Shown here: positions 1-10,136 of the stretch, piece by piece
How the letters are laid out: every line of letters begins with the position of its first letter
How positions within the stretch are numbered: position 1 is the first letter of the stretch
DNA from: Muribaculaceae bacterium
GTDB lineage: Bacteria > Spirochaetota > Spirochaetia > Sphaerochaetales > Sphaerochaetaceae
Length of the DNA: 63,814 nucleotides
Assembly: GCA_963623755.1 (NCBI GenBank)
Contig: CAVFNE010000002.1
Location: 1-63,814, forward strand
Direction of reading: 5' to 3'
Made by a program: the position numbers and the translations under genes
Notes under the pieces: model-generated
The model's input: the letters and a program-made list of their open reading frames with translations, nothing else
What the model was told of the DNA's origin: nothing
The model's database searches: none

Positions 1-231
1 ATGAGTCATGGAACTACATAATCAAACCGTCAAGTTAATTTGTGACAGTTCCTTAGCATCGAGAGAAAGGGAGTTACCGATACAGCGAGAATGTTGCCAT
101 CATGTTTTGATTCTTATGACAGAACACGCTGTTATAGAGCTATGAAAAAATTTAATCATCGATTGTTTGGTGAGTTTAGGTTTATCTATCTTATTGCTTA
201 TGTTAAATTTAGTATATATTAGAGGTGAGCT

Positions 232-724
232 ATGTCCCGTCCGAAAGACCCAGATACTAAATACAGAATGAAGTTGTTTGTTTCAAACAACCGTAGATAT
301 GCAGTCACTGCTAATCCATGCTATAACGCAGAGAGGAAGTGGTGTTCGAATATAACAATATGGGGAAAGCTTACAGAAAACTGGTTTTGAGCCGAATCTG
401 CGCTTCCTGTTGCTTACGGAGGAGGAGAAGAGAAAGTACATCTTTCCCGAAGGCTGGGATATCTCATCAGCATTCCAGAACCTAACTTGTCAGAATGACG
501 GAGAAAGAGAAATCTACAACGGAGATGAGCAGTACAAAGTCCTCGACGACAAAGACGTAAGCTCAGCATATAACAGCGTTACCAGAGCGACAAAAAAAGA
601 TGTCAACTTAAATGTAATAATTTCTTCAAGCCTTTTTAAACGCCTTCATAAAGAGTCGCTCCTTACCGGACGAAGTATGAACGAGATAGTCTCTCAGGCA
701 CTCTTAAAAGAACTTGGGAAATGA
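232..724 (+). pseudogene. Small ribbon-helix-helix (CopG/Arc-like) protein gene, apparently split by a +1 frameshift in a T-run (232..390 plus 356/410..724)
   Basis: An ATG at 232 is preceded by AGAGGTGAG and opens a 52-codon frame ending at TGA 388-390 (..ITIWGKLTENWF*). The next frame is open from 356 and continues ..GFEPNLRFLLLTEEEKRK.. to 724. Removing one T from TTTT at 385-388 joins them. The C-terminus NVIISSSLFKRLHKESLLTGRSMNEIVSQALLKEL looks like an RHH DNA-binding fold. The track ORF 410..724 starts on TTG with no SD. Confidence 0.4.
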
Positions 725-917
725 GACTTTAAATTTCGTTTTATCGTGTTATTCCGATACGCTATATTTATACCGTACTCCACAATTCAAGCTCAGATTA
801 ACTTAAGTTTTATTTAAGTCTTCAGCTCCTTGGAGCAGTGTCCTCTGACTTTTCTTATAAAACATAATTTATGGAAATGACTTACTTAACCTGCTAGAGT
901 ATATTTACGAGGAAAAT

Positions 918-2039
918 ATGAAGCTGAAAACTGTCCTTATAACTATTCTTGTCGCACTTTTACTTACATCCTGTACATCAATCAAGAATGAGATAATCCG
1001 CTCGAAGCTTTCTATGACGAGAGAAGAATTGAAGGAATACAAAAAGACGGCAGACCCTGATGTCACACTCTCTGACGGCTCGGCAATGCTGCTCTTTGCG
1101 CTGAATAAGTATGCAACGGGTAACGGCACATTCGAAGAGTGGCCGAAAAATCCTCCTTTGGAAGATAGAATTGTCTTGAGCATTCCTCTCACTTCATCCA
1201 TGCTGTGGATTTCCTATCCGAAGAACTATAAAGAGGGAGATATTCTCCCTGTAATCTTCTTTACCCACGGCGGTGGATACACTCAATGCGCTTATAGCAC
1301 ATACCAGGATTTATTGGCTATCCTTGCAGATAAAACAAATTCTATTGTCTTTGCGCCGGATTATTCACTTTCCCCCGAGAATAAGTTTCCCGTGGCAGTA
1401 GAGGACGTCTGGGAAGCATATAATTATCTAATTGAGAGAGGAGAAGAATATGGTGCAGATTCTTCAAGAACAGTCCTGCTCGGTGACAGCGCCGGAGGAA
1501 ACTTTGCCTCGGGCCTGGCAATAAGGGCGAAAGAAGAGGGCGTTACCGAGCCCGTCGGTGTTGTCTTGATTTATCCGAACCTATGTGTATATCCAGTGCT
1601 TCTTCCGTCACATCTCCTCTTCGGTGGATTCGATGGTCGTAAGGCCATGATAAGCATAAAGGTCATGGAATATACCTTCTCGAGCTACCTCGAAAAGACA
1701 GAAGACGGCCTTAAGATGTATGCCTCTCCTCTCTTGATGCTTGAAGGCGCAGTCGATACCCTCACGGTTCCGAATCTCTACTCAGAGTGTGCCGTTGAAA
1801 GAGATGAAAGTGGTAAATACCTTCTTCCCGACCATCTTATCATTGTGGCGGAAGCAGACAGCCTGAGGGACGAGGGCGTTATGTACCATGCTCTTTTAAC
1901 AGACCTCGGCTCGAAGAGCACCCTCAGTGTATATAAGGGTGCCGTTCACGGTTTCTTTCAATTCTATGAGCTCTTGAATGATGGTAAAAAAGCAATAAAC
2001 GAAGTAAGTGCATTCATCACTGAGCATACTTCTCTCTAG
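918..2039 (+). CDS. Secreted/lipoprotein alpha/beta hydrolase (hormone-sensitive-lipase-type esterase/lipase)
   Basis: Lipobox-type signal (LLLTSC), HGGGY oxyanion-hole motif, GDSAGGN nucleophile elbow, and a GAGGA SD before the ATG. Confidence 0.85.
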   Translation: MKLKTVLITILVALLLTSCTSIKNEIIRSKLSMTREELKEYKKTADPDVTLSDGSAMLLFALNKYATGNGTFEEWPKNPPLEDRIVLSIPLTSSMLWISYPKNYKEGDILPVIFFTHGGGYTQCAYSTYQDLLAILADKTNSIVFAPDYSLSPENKFPVAVEDVWEAYNYLIERGEEYGADSSRTVLLGDSAGGNFASGLAIRAKEEGVTEPVGVVLIYPNLCVYPVLLPSHLLFGGFDGRKAMISIKVMEYTFSSYLEKTEDGLKMYASPLLMLEGAVDTLTVPNLYSECAVERDESGKYLLPDHLIIVAEADSLRDEGVMYHALLTDLGSKSTLSVYKGAVHGFFQFYELLNDGKKAINEVSAFITEHTSL

Positions 2040-2040
2040 T

Positions 2041-2484
2041 TTATTTACCTTCGAGTGACATCATCTTCTCTATGCGCATTATGTGTCTCTTTTCATTTGA
2101 GAAAGGAGTGTCGAGGAATGCATCCAGCATATCGAGAACAGACTCGGGGTAATCAATGCGTCCTCCGAATGCTATGAAGTTACTGTTATTGTGCTCCCTC
2201 GTTTTTATTGAAGCATATACATTCTCAACAAGGGCACATCTGATTCCTTTCATCTTGTTGGCTGCAAGAGATATACCGATTCCCGTGCCGCATAGGAGAA
2301 TGCCGTAGTCGTAGCCGCCTTTACGGTACTCCATGACAGCTTTTTCGGCCATATCTGGATAGTCGACGCTCTTTTCCTCTGCTGTTCCGAGGTATGTGTA
2401 TTCAATTCCTCTCTTCTCGAGGTGCTCAAGTATTTGTTTTGTTCTTTCCACAGCTCCGTGGTCATTGGCAACAACTACTTTCAT
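2041..2484 (-). CDS. rpiB: Ribose-5-phosphate isomerase B (RpiB/LacAB family)
   Basis: MKVVVANDHGAV.., LLCGTGIGISLAANK and NSNFIAFGGR motifs. An AAAGGAGA SD lies just upstream of the ATG at 2484, so the track start at 2505 is probably too long. Confidence 0.9.
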   Translation of the reverse strand: MKVVVANDHGAVERTKQILEHLEKRGIEYTYLGTAEEKSVDYPDMAEKAVMEYRKGGYDYGILLCGTGIGISLAANKMKGIRCALVENVYASIKTREHNNSNFIAFGGRIDYPESVLDMLDAFLDTPFSNEKRHIMRIEKMMSLEGK

Positions 2485-2485
2485 A

Positions 2486-3010
2486 TTATTCTCCTTTAAT
2501 TTCAATCTGGCAGCTCTTCATTGCGCTGAGTGCTGTTCTGTGGCTTTCGCTGCTCACTCCTTTCGAGAGGGAGGCATCCACAATAATGTGGGCGTCGGGA
2601 AGGAATGCCTTGGCAATCATCGCGTTAGATATCACACAAATATCTGTACAGAGCCCGAGAAGTGTGACTGTGGCGACTTTCTCCATTTTGTCGAGCGCTC
2701 TCAATTCCTCCCCCAGTTCAACAGAACCGAATGTGGGCTTGTTAATTATTTTATAAGCCTTGAGCTCTTTGAGCGCATCCACTATCTCCCAGCCCGGGGT
2801 GTTTTCAACGCAATGAACAACAGGAAGGTTCTTACCTTCCTCTCTCGAGAGGTAATCGCCGTGGTGTGTGTCGCGGGTGAAGATTACCCTGCCGTCGAAG
2901 TTAAGGACAAATTTTTTTATTCCTTCTACAATACCTTCGTTCTCCTTTTTTCCAAGAGAACCCGAAACGAAATCATTCTGCATATCTACAACAACAAGAA
3001 TATTCTGCAT
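2486..3010 (-). CDS. Isochorismatase-family cysteine hydrolase (nicotinamidase/pyrazinamidase-like)
   Basis: N-terminal VVVDMQNDF (catalytic Asp) and LLGLCTDICV (catalytic Cys); size is typical at 174 aa. Confidence 0.8.
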   Translation of the reverse strand: MQNILVVVDMQNDFVSGSLGKKENEGIVEGIKKFVLNFDGRVIFTRDTHHGDYLSREEGKNLPVVHCVENTPGWEIVDALKELKAYKIINKPTFGSVELGEELRALDKMEKVATVTLLGLCTDICVISNAMIAKAFLPDAHIIVDASLSKGVSSESHRTALSAMKSCQIEIKGE

Positions 3011-3078
3011 AACATGAGTATAAACAATTTTGTCTTTTTCAGTATATTGTTTTTAACAATTACGATAGACTTTCCTCC

Positions 3079-4689
3079 ATGAGTGATATTTACATTACCG
3101 GACACCGCAATCCCGACATGGATTCAATCTGTTCAGCCTATGCATATGCAACTTTGAAAAACCGTATCGACAGAGACAACAATTACCACGGTGTAATCTG
3201 CGGCCATATGAGTGAAGGTGTTGAGAAACAGTTCTCGCTGCTTGGAATTGAACCACTACCGTATATGCGTGACGTCAAAACAAAGGTTGGTGATGTAATG
3301 CTGCTCCCGACAGAGAAGGTCGAAGCAGATGAGCCTATATACAATCTTGTTAAGGCATATAACGAAAGCCACCCGTCTGCCTTCCCCGTCTACGACAACG
3401 GCTCATTTATCGGACTTTTGAGTGTTGATGATATAACAAGCTGGTTCTTGAAAGACAATAAAGAAGAGATTCCCCATTATGATTTCCTCTCGTCCAATAT
3501 TGAGACTGTGATAGAGGGAAAGGCTGTAAAAAAACAAAACAATCATTTGAGTGCAACAATACTTGCAGGTGCTGCTGCCTATGATGATTTCTGCCGTCTT
3601 GTTGATGAGAGGAAGGACTCGATTGTCGTTCTGGGCTATAGAAAGAGATGTATCGAGTACGCCATATCTAGAGGAGTCGCTGCAATCATAATAACATCGA
3701 GCTCATCTCTTGATGGCATAGACTTCTCGTCTTATGAAGGTAACGTTTATGTAACCGAGCTTGGGACAGCTGAAGTTGAAAGAAGGCTAAGAATGACGCC
3801 GAGTGTGCGTTCGATTATGGGTAAGCAAGGCAAGAGGCTCAATAGAAACGACTACTTCGATGATGCTCGTGAGGCCCTTGCATCCTCAAATCTCAGAGGC
3901 CTTGCGGTTTTCGATGATGAGGAGTTCTGTGGTTTTGTAACAAGGCGCTGTTTTCTTAAAAAGCCGTCCTACTCCGTTATTCTTGTTGACCACAATGAGG
4001 TGGGGCAGAGCATAAGGGGAATAGAGGAGGCGACAGTTATTGAGATTATCGACCACCACAGACTTGATGCCCTAAAAACCAGCCTTCCCATCTTTATTGA
4101 TGCCGAGCCTCTTGGAAGTACATGCACTATCGTATATGAACAATACCTTAGGTATAACATAGTACCCGATGAGACTACTGCGCGTGTTCTTCTTACCGGT
4201 ATTATGTCAGACACAATGGTTCTCCGAAGCCCGACAACGACAAAGGTCGATAAGTCAGCTGCCGGCGCTCTTGCTGCAATCTGCGGCGAGTATGACATAC
4301 ATTCTTTCGGCACAAAGCTTTTCTCGGTAATAGACCGACTCTCGTCGAGAGACCCAGTCTCTGCAATAGAGGGAGATTTCAAGAGCTACAACGAGAAGGG
4401 AGTTAAATTCGGAATCGGACAGTGTGAGGTGACAACGCTTACCGACATCTCTCAATATTGTGAAAGATATCTTGAGGCTTTGAACAAAATCAAGGAGAGG
4501 CGCTCTCTTGATTGGGCAATGCTGATGATCACCGATGTTCTCAAGGAGGAGAGTGTTCTTCTCACAACAGATAGTAAGTACATAAAGCGCTTTATGTGGC
4601 CTCTTATGTCTTCATTCGTCTACAGCATGCCGGGAATACTAAGCCGAAAGAAACAGCTACTACCTGAAGTCATACACTCGATTGACTGA
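3079..4689 (+). CDS. CBS-domain-containing DHH/DHHA2 family II inorganic pyrophosphatase
   Basis: ITGHRNPDMDSICSAYAY (DHH motif I), DHNE.. and IIDHHR motifs, a central CBS-like region and a DHHA2-like C-terminus. Confidence 0.8.
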   Translation: MSDIYITGHRNPDMDSICSAYAYATLKNRIDRDNNYHGVICGHMSEGVEKQFSLLGIEPLPYMRDVKTKVGDVMLLPTEKVEADEPIYNLVKAYNESHPSAFPVYDNGSFIGLLSVDDITSWFLKDNKEEIPHYDFLSSNIETVIEGKAVKKQNNHLSATILAGAAAYDDFCRLVDERKDSIVVLGYRKRCIEYAISRGVAAIIITSSSSLDGIDFSSYEGNVYVTELGTAEVERRLRMTPSVRSIMGKQGKRLNRNDYFDDAREALASSNLRGLAVFDDEEFCGFVTRRCFLKKPSYSVILVDHNEVGQSIRGIEEATVIEIIDHHRLDALKTSLPIFIDAEPLGSTCTIVYEQYLRYNIVPDETTARVLLTGIMSDTMVLRSPTTTKVDKSAAGALAAICGEYDIHSFGTKLFSVIDRLSSRDPVSAIEGDFKSYNEKGVKFGIGQCEVTTLTDISQYCERYLEALNKIKERRSLDWAMLMITDVLKEESVLLTTDSKYIKRFMWPLMSSFVYSMPGILSRKKQLLPEVIHSID

Positions 4690-4692
4690 TAC

Positions 4693-4775
4693 TTTGCAAA
4701 ATCGGGCAAAAACAGCCTGAAAACATTTGCAAAATCGGGCAAAAACGGCCTGAAAACATTTGCAAAATCGGGCAG
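4693..4775 (+). repeat. 33-bp tandem direct repeat, 2.5 copies (TTTGCAAAATCGGGCAAAAAC[A/G]GCCTGAAAACA)
   Basis: Read directly: units at 4693-4725 and 4726-4758 (1 mismatch) and a partial unit at 4759-4775. The repeat ends about 20 bp upstream of the ATG at 4797. Confidence 0.9.
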
Positions 4776-4796
4776 AATACTATTTAATTACTTAGT

Positions 4797-6197
4797 ATGA
4801 AAGAAGAAAAAACAGATTTTGTTTTAAGACGTAAAATCGAACATGATATAAAAGCTTTTTTTGCCTCGAAAGACGCCAAATGTCTTCTTATAAGCGGAGC
4901 CCGTCAGACAGGTAAGACCTACATAATTGAGAAATTGGGAAGGGAGAATTTCAAGCATTTTGTTAAGGTGGATTTTATTGCATCCTCACGTGCCTGTGAG
5001 ATTTTTGCCTCGGCAAAATCACCAGAGGATATAATACAGAGACTTCCTCTTCTTACAGACCGGAATATAGAGAAAGGAAAGACACTTTTTTTCTTTGATG
5101 AAGTTCAGAAATGTAATGAATGTGTGACGGCAGTAAAATACCTTGTACAGGAGGGGAGCTACAAATATATATTGAGCGGCTCGCTACTCGGTGTCGAGCT
5201 TAACTGTGTTAAATCAATTCCTGTCGGCTATATGAATTCCATTGATATGTTCCCATTAGACTTTGAGGAATTCTGTATTGCAGTTGGAACTCAGGAGAGC
5301 ATTATCTCTTCTTTAAAAGAATCTTTCGATAATGAAAAACCTGTTGATGAGTCAGTTCATAAATTCATGCTCTCTCTTTTCCGCCTATATCTTGTGGTTG
5401 GAGGCATGCCTGGGACCATTGTAAAGTATCTTTCGTCAAATAACCTTCATGATGTTGTTATTGAAGAAGCGAACATTATCAAGCGTTACAAAGAAGATAT
5501 AACAAAATATGAAGTAGAGGATAAAAAGCTGAGAATCACACGGATTTTTGATGCAATCCCAGGAGAGCTTAACAATATAAACAAAAGGTTTGTCCTGAGT
5601 AATCTCGGCAGGAATGAGAAGGCTGATAGATATGAAAATTCCTTTGAATGGTTGAAAAAGGCAGGTGTTGCCATTGCTGTATACAATGCAAAAGAGCCAT
5701 TGCTTCCATTGAAGCTTTCAGAGACATCAACGCTGTTCAAGCTGTTTATGTGTGATGTCGGTCTCCTTGCCAGCATGTATATGGATGATATTCAATTAAG
5801 GGTTCTCAATGGGGAAGAAAATATAAATTTCGGAGCTGTCTACGAAAATTATGTTGCACAGGAGTTGAGAGCTCACGGCTATGAGGATATTTACTATTTC
5901 AACAGCCGTAAACAGGGCGAGGTTGATTTCCTTATCCCTTACCATAATAGAGTTCTTCCCATTGAGGTTAAATCGGGTAGGAGTTATATGACGCATGCCG
6001 CCTTGGATAGGATATTAAATAACCCCAAATATGCACTGGAGGAGGCTTTCGTTCTATCTGAAGCAAATATCGAGAGAAGAGGCAGAATTCTCTACCTTCC
6101 GATTTACATGACCATGTTCATAAAGAAGCCGACCATTGCTGAAGATATGGTCTACAAAATCGATTTCTCCATTCTCGGGGAAAAGGGGTCAACGTGA
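4797..6197 (+). CDS. AAA+ ATPase with C-terminal DUF4143-like domain
   Basis: Walker A GARQTGKT, Walker B LFFFDEVQ, and the overall architecture typical of the ATP-binding protein/DUF4143 family. Confidence 0.85.
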   Translation: MKEEKTDFVLRRKIEHDIKAFFASKDAKCLLISGARQTGKTYIIEKLGRENFKHFVKVDFIASSRACEIFASAKSPEDIIQRLPLLTDRNIEKGKTLFFFDEVQKCNECVTAVKYLVQEGSYKYILSGSLLGVELNCVKSIPVGYMNSIDMFPLDFEEFCIAVGTQESIISSLKESFDNEKPVDESVHKFMLSLFRLYLVVGGMPGTIVKYLSSNNLHDVVIEEANIIKRYKEDITKYEVEDKKLRITRIFDAIPGELNNINKRFVLSNLGRNEKADRYENSFEWLKKAGVAIAVYNAKEPLLPLKLSETSTLFKLFMCDVGLLASMYMDDIQLRVLNGEENINFGAVYENYVAQELRAHGYEDIYYFNSRKQGEVDFLIPYHNRVLPIEVKSGRSYMTHAALDRILNNPKYALEEAFVLSEANIERRGRILYLPIYMTMFIKKPTIAEDMVYKIDFSILGEKGST

Positions 6198-8249
6198 GGC
6201 GCCGGTAAGCTCTATGACTGTCGGGATTGTCCTTATAGCTGAAGTGCATTTTCTGATTGCATCTTCGCTTTCTGCAATAATTGTGAAGTCTCCTGTGAGT
6301 CTGTTGCCGTCGATGCCGAGTTTACCTTTTCTCAGTCTTCCGCCATGTGATTTAACTGCGTTATCTATCTGCCCGAAAATGTCCTGATCGATTTTAGCAG
6401 TAACATGGTAGTGCTTCATAAGTTCGTCTCCCGTCCACTTTACAGATACCGTTCTTTCGTTGACCTCTGCCATATGCTTGAGATTCGAGCAGTCACGGCG
6501 GTGGATTATGTATCCCCTTCCTCTTGTTATATATGCAACAACATCATCTCCCTGCATCGGGTTACAGCACTTTGCAAATGAGTACATTATGTTGCTGTCT
6601 TCTCCGACCATCAGCGTCCCAGTTGTCTCTGTGGAGACATAGCTGAGTGTGCCGTTTATGAGCTTCGATGGATTTGTCGGCCCCTTCTTTTCTACCGCAG
6701 TGGCAGATGTCTGCTTCTCGTTCTGTTTTATCTCGGGAACATTTGCACTTTCATATCTGTTGAGCCATGCCTTGATTTTCTTCTTTGTCGAAGTTGATGC
6801 TGCAGCCTCCAGCCATTGCTGATTCGGGTGTGCAGAAGGTGATGTCATTATTTCGACTATCTGGGTATTGGCGAGAGGCTTATTGAGTGGGATTATCGAG
6901 CCGTCGGCCTTTGCCCCCGAGCAATGGGAGCCGACCTCGGTGTGAATCTTATATGCAAAGTCGAGGGCTGTAGACCCTACCGGAAGTTCAATTACATGGC
7001 CCTGCGGCGTGAATACTACGATGCTGTCCTTCAGGAGTTCGTTCTTGATTTCCTCCATGTAGTCTTCGCTCTGCTCAATCTCCTTCGACCAGGATTTAAT
7101 CTTCTTGACTATCTTCTGATAGTTGATTGAGTCCATGTTCTTCCATGTGCCACTCTCACTTCCGCTTGCCGCCTTATAAGCCCAATGCGCGGCAACACCT
7201 TCCTCTGCAGTTTTATGCATCTCCCAGGTTCTAATCTGTATCTCGAGATGTCTATTCTGCGGACCGAGGACAGTGGTGTGGAGTGACTGGTAGTTGTTGG
7301 CCTTGGGCATTGCGATGTAGTCCTTGAACCTTCCTTCAATCGGGAGCCACATCGAGTGGATAATGCCGAGTATCGTATAGCACTCAACGGTAGTATTACA
7401 TATGACTCTTATTCCGAGGATATCGTAAATCTCGTCGATTTCCTTCTTCCTCTTCTTTATCTTCATATAGATGGAGTATGCGTGTTTGACTCTTCCGGAA
7501 ACTTCAATGTTTTCCAGTCCTTCCTTTTTGCATGCTTCCTCTATCGACCGAGCAACCTGCTTGATGAATGCCGTGTATTCGCTCTTACGCTCGAGTAGGT
7601 ATGTGTTTATGTATTCATAGCTTTCAGGTTTCAATGCCTTGAGTGACAGGTCCTCGAGTTCACTCTTGAGCGTCTGCATACCCAGGCTGTCTGCTATCGG
7701 GGCAAAGATGTCGAGGCAGTCCTTTGCATAGGAAATACGCCTCTCGCTGCTGAGCCCGGAGAGAGTTCGCATGTTGTGGAGTTTATCTGCCAGTTTTATG
7801 AGTATGACCCTCAAATCCTTACTCATTGCAAAGAACATCTTCTTGATTGTCTCTGCTTCCTGGATTGATTTATCCTGGGTTATACGGGTGATTTTTGTAA
7901 CGGCCTGGACCATTGTCCCGACTTCCTTACCGAATAGAGATGCTATCTCCTCCTCCGTTGTCCCTGTGTCCTCGATTGTGTCATGGAGTAAGCCTGCACA
8001 GACAGTGTCGGCATCCATATTGAAGCTCATCAATATCTCGGCAACTGCAATTGGGTGTATAAGATAGGGTTCTCCGCTCTTTCTCCTCTGGTCTCCATGC
8101 TTCTTTGCTGCAAAGACTGCTGCGGCGGAAATCTTTTCCTTATCAAGGTCTGAATAATTAAGAATCCTGCTGACGAATCTATCGACAAGTTCCTTATTCG
8201 GAATCTCTGTAGTCTTATCGTCTTTTACTTCAAGCTCTGTACTGGCCAT
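6189..8249 (-). CDS. rel: Bifunctional (p)ppGpp synthetase/hydrolase (RelA/SpoT homologue)
   Basis: HD hydrolase motifs (HPIAVA.., HDTIEDT), a synthetase core (YSIYMKI.., DILGIRVI, YQSLHT), and TGS and ACT-like C-terminal regions. Confidence 0.95.
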   Translation of the reverse strand: MASTELEVKDDKTTEIPNKELVDRFVSRILNYSDLDKEKISAAAVFAAKKHGDQRRKSGEPYLIHPIAVAEILMSFNMDADTVCAGLLHDTIEDTGTTEEEIASLFGKEVGTMVQAVTKITRITQDKSIQEAETIKKMFFAMSKDLRVILIKLADKLHNMRTLSGLSSERRISYAKDCLDIFAPIADSLGMQTLKSELEDLSLKALKPESYEYINTYLLERKSEYTAFIKQVARSIEEACKKEGLENIEVSGRVKHAYSIYMKIKKRKKEIDEIYDILGIRVICNTTVECYTILGIIHSMWLPIEGRFKDYIAMPKANNYQSLHTTVLGPQNRHLEIQIRTWEMHKTAEEGVAAHWAYKAASGSESGTWKNMDSINYQKIVKKIKSWSKEIEQSEDYMEEIKNELLKDSIVVFTPQGHVIELPVGSTALDFAYKIHTEVGSHCSGAKADGSIIPLNKPLANTQIVEIMTSPSAHPNQQWLEAAASTSTKKKIKAWLNRYESANVPEIKQNEKQTSATAVEKKGPTNPSKLINGTLSYVSTETTGTLMVGEDSNIMYSFAKCCNPMQGDDVVAYITRGRGYIIHRRDCSNLKHMAEVNERTVSVKWTGDELMKHYHVTAKIDQDIFGQIDNAVKSHGGRLRKGKLGIDGNRLTGDFTIIAESEDAIRKCTSAIRTIPTVIELTGASR

Positions 8250-9066
8250 ATACTATTCTTTCCCTGCCCCCGAGGTCTTTACACGCCTTTATATCCTTAA
8301 AGCCGTTTTCTTCTAATAATGCTGAAAGAGACTTTGTCTGTCTATAGTCACATTCGATTAAAAGTGTACCATTTTTCTCCAGATATCTGGGGCTTTGAGT
8401 AACAATTTTTCTTATCAGCTCCATCCCGTCTTTATTGTCGCTGACAAGTGCCATCACCGGCTCTGATTTGACATCCATCTCCGTCTCTTCGTACCAGCTT
8501 TGAGTTAGGTATGGTGGGTTAGCAGTGATAAGTGAAAATTTCTCACCTTTCCACGGCTCGAAAAGGGAGCCGAGTCTTCCCTCTCCTTTTTTTTCTGTAA
8601 TGGAGAGGTAGTTCTTTGCTGCAATTTCAAGTGCGCGGGGAGAAAGGTCACTGAAAAAGACTTCTTTTTTCAGCTCTGCTGCAACAGCTGCTGCGACAGT
8701 GCCGCTACCTGTGCATATATCGAGAATCTTTCCGGTATAGTTATGTCTTCTGTATTCCTCCACGGCCTTCTCGACAAGAATTTCAGTGTCGGGACGGGGA
8801 ATGAGTACGCTGCTGTCAACATAGTAGCTGTGGCCGTAGAACTCCTTTGAGTGTGTGATGTAGGCCATCGGGGTTCCTGAAATACGCTTCTTGAAAAGGG
8901 TAAGTGCTTTTTCTACAAACTCATCGTCAAGAATTTTATTGCGTCCTGTTATCTGCTCGATTTCACCCAGTCCTAAATAGGATAAAAGGACCCTGATTTC
9001 AAGATAGGGGTCCTCTAATTGATTGGGGTAACTTAAGAGTAGTTCCTTCAGTCGAGTAAGCGTCAT
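8230..9066 (-). CDS. prmC: Release-factor glutamine N5-methyltransferase
   Basis: SAM-binding DICTGSG and the catalytic NPPY motif; overlaps the prfA stop by 4 bp. Confidence 0.9.
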   Translation of the reverse strand: MTLTRLKELLLSYPNQLEDPYLEIRVLLSYLGLGEIEQITGRNKILDDEFVEKALTLFKKRISGTPMAYITHSKEFYGHSYYVDSSVLIPRPDTEILVEKAVEEYRRHNYTGKILDICTGSGTVAAAVAAELKKEVFFSDLSPRALEIAAKNYLSITEKKGEGRLGSLFEPWKGEKFSLITANPPYLTQSWYEETEMDVKSEPVMALVSDNKDGMELIRKIVTQSPRYLEKNGTLLIECDYRQTKSLSALLEENGFKDIKACKDLGGRERIVYGQYRA

Positions 9067-10136
9067 AGGGCTTTCAGTGCTTCTTCTCCCGCATGAATCT
9101 TCAAAGCCTCGACAAATTCGTCCAAGTCTCCATTTAGAATACCCTCAAGATTATAGGACGTGAGGTTTATACGGTGGTCTGTGCAGCGGTTCTGCGGGAA
9201 GTTATATGTTCTGATTCTTTCACTTCTGTCCCCTGATCCGACCATGCTCTTACGCTCTTGGCTTCTCTCTCTGTTCTTTCTCTCCTCCTCCATCTCGAAG
9301 AGTCTGGATCTGAGGACTCTCATAGCCTTGTTCTTGTTCTTGAGCTGTGATTTCTCGTCCTGCTGGATGACTACAATTCCTGTAGGAAGGTGGGTGATTC
9401 TGACAGCACTGTCTGTTGTGTTGACGCACTGTCCTCCCGGGCCTCCTGCGCGCATGACGTCGATTTTGAGGTCCTTTTCATTGATTACGATATCTGTTTC
9501 CTCGGCTTCGGGGAGTATGGCGACCGTTATTGCAGAGGTATGGATTCTTCCTCCGCTCTCAGTCTCCGGAACACGCTGTACTCTATGAACTCCGCTTTCG
9601 TAGCGCATCGAGCCGTAGACATCTTTTCCGGATATTGAGCATACAATTTCCTTGTATCCGCCACGCTCTGTTTCATTTGCGTTCATTATCTCGAGCTTCC
9701 AGTGCTTTTTCTCTGCGTAGTGTGTATACATACGGAAGATATCTGATGCAAAGAGGGCTGCCTCCTCGCCACCGGTGCCTGCTCTTATCTCCATGATGAT
9801 GTTCTTGCCCTCTAATGGATCGGGCGGGATAAGAAGAACTTTACACTCCCTTTCGTCTCTTTCGAGCTTTTCTTTGAGAGTTTCAAGTTCCTCCTTGACC
9901 ATTTCAGCCATATCGGGATCGTCCTCGCTTTTGAGAAGTTCCTGATTTTCTTCTATCTCTTTTTCCGTCTTTTCAATATCTTCCAGCTTCTCGACTACCG
10001 GTGCTATATGCGAGCGCTGGAGCATCATCTCCTTGTACTTTTTCATATCAGCAAGGGTTTCCGGCTCGCTGAGAGTTTTGTCAACTTCCTCCAATTGACT
10101 TTTAAAGGACGGCAGCAAATCTATGAGTTTGTTCAC
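9063..10136 (-). CDS. prfA: Peptide chain release factor 1
   Basis: GGQ motif ([22 protein letters not shown]) and an RF1-type PxT tripeptide (PET). Confidence 0.97.
   Translation of the reverse strand: MNKLIDLLPSFKSQLEEVDKTLSEPETLADMKKYKEMMLQRSHIAPVVEKLEDIEKTEKEIEENQELLKSEDDPDMAEMVKEELETLKEKLERDERECKVLLIPPDPLEGKNIIMEIRAGTGGEEAALFASDIFRMYTHYAEKKHWKLEIMNANETERGGYKEIVCSISGKDVYGSMRYESGVHRVQRVPETESGGRIHTSAITVAILPEAEETDIVINEKDLKIDVMRAGGPGGQCVNTTDSAVRITHLPTGIVVIQQDEKSQLKNKNKAMRVLRSRLFEMEEERKNRERSQERKSMVGSGDRSERIRTYNFPQNRCTDHRINLTSYNLEGILNGDLDEFVEALKIHAGEEALKAL

Noticed and set aside
2250-3082. Plus- and minus-strand ORFs (74-228 aa) overlapping rpiB and the isochorismatase gene
   Set aside because: They are antisense or alternative-frame shadows of two genes with clear family motifs.
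4693-4775. Possible CRISPR array
   Set aside because: The repeats are directly adjacent with no spacers, there are only 2.5 copies, and no cas genes occur in the window. This is a simple tandem repeat.
9160-9796. Three plus-strand ORFs antisense to prfA
   Set aside because: They are shadow ORFs opposite a highly conserved RF1 gene.
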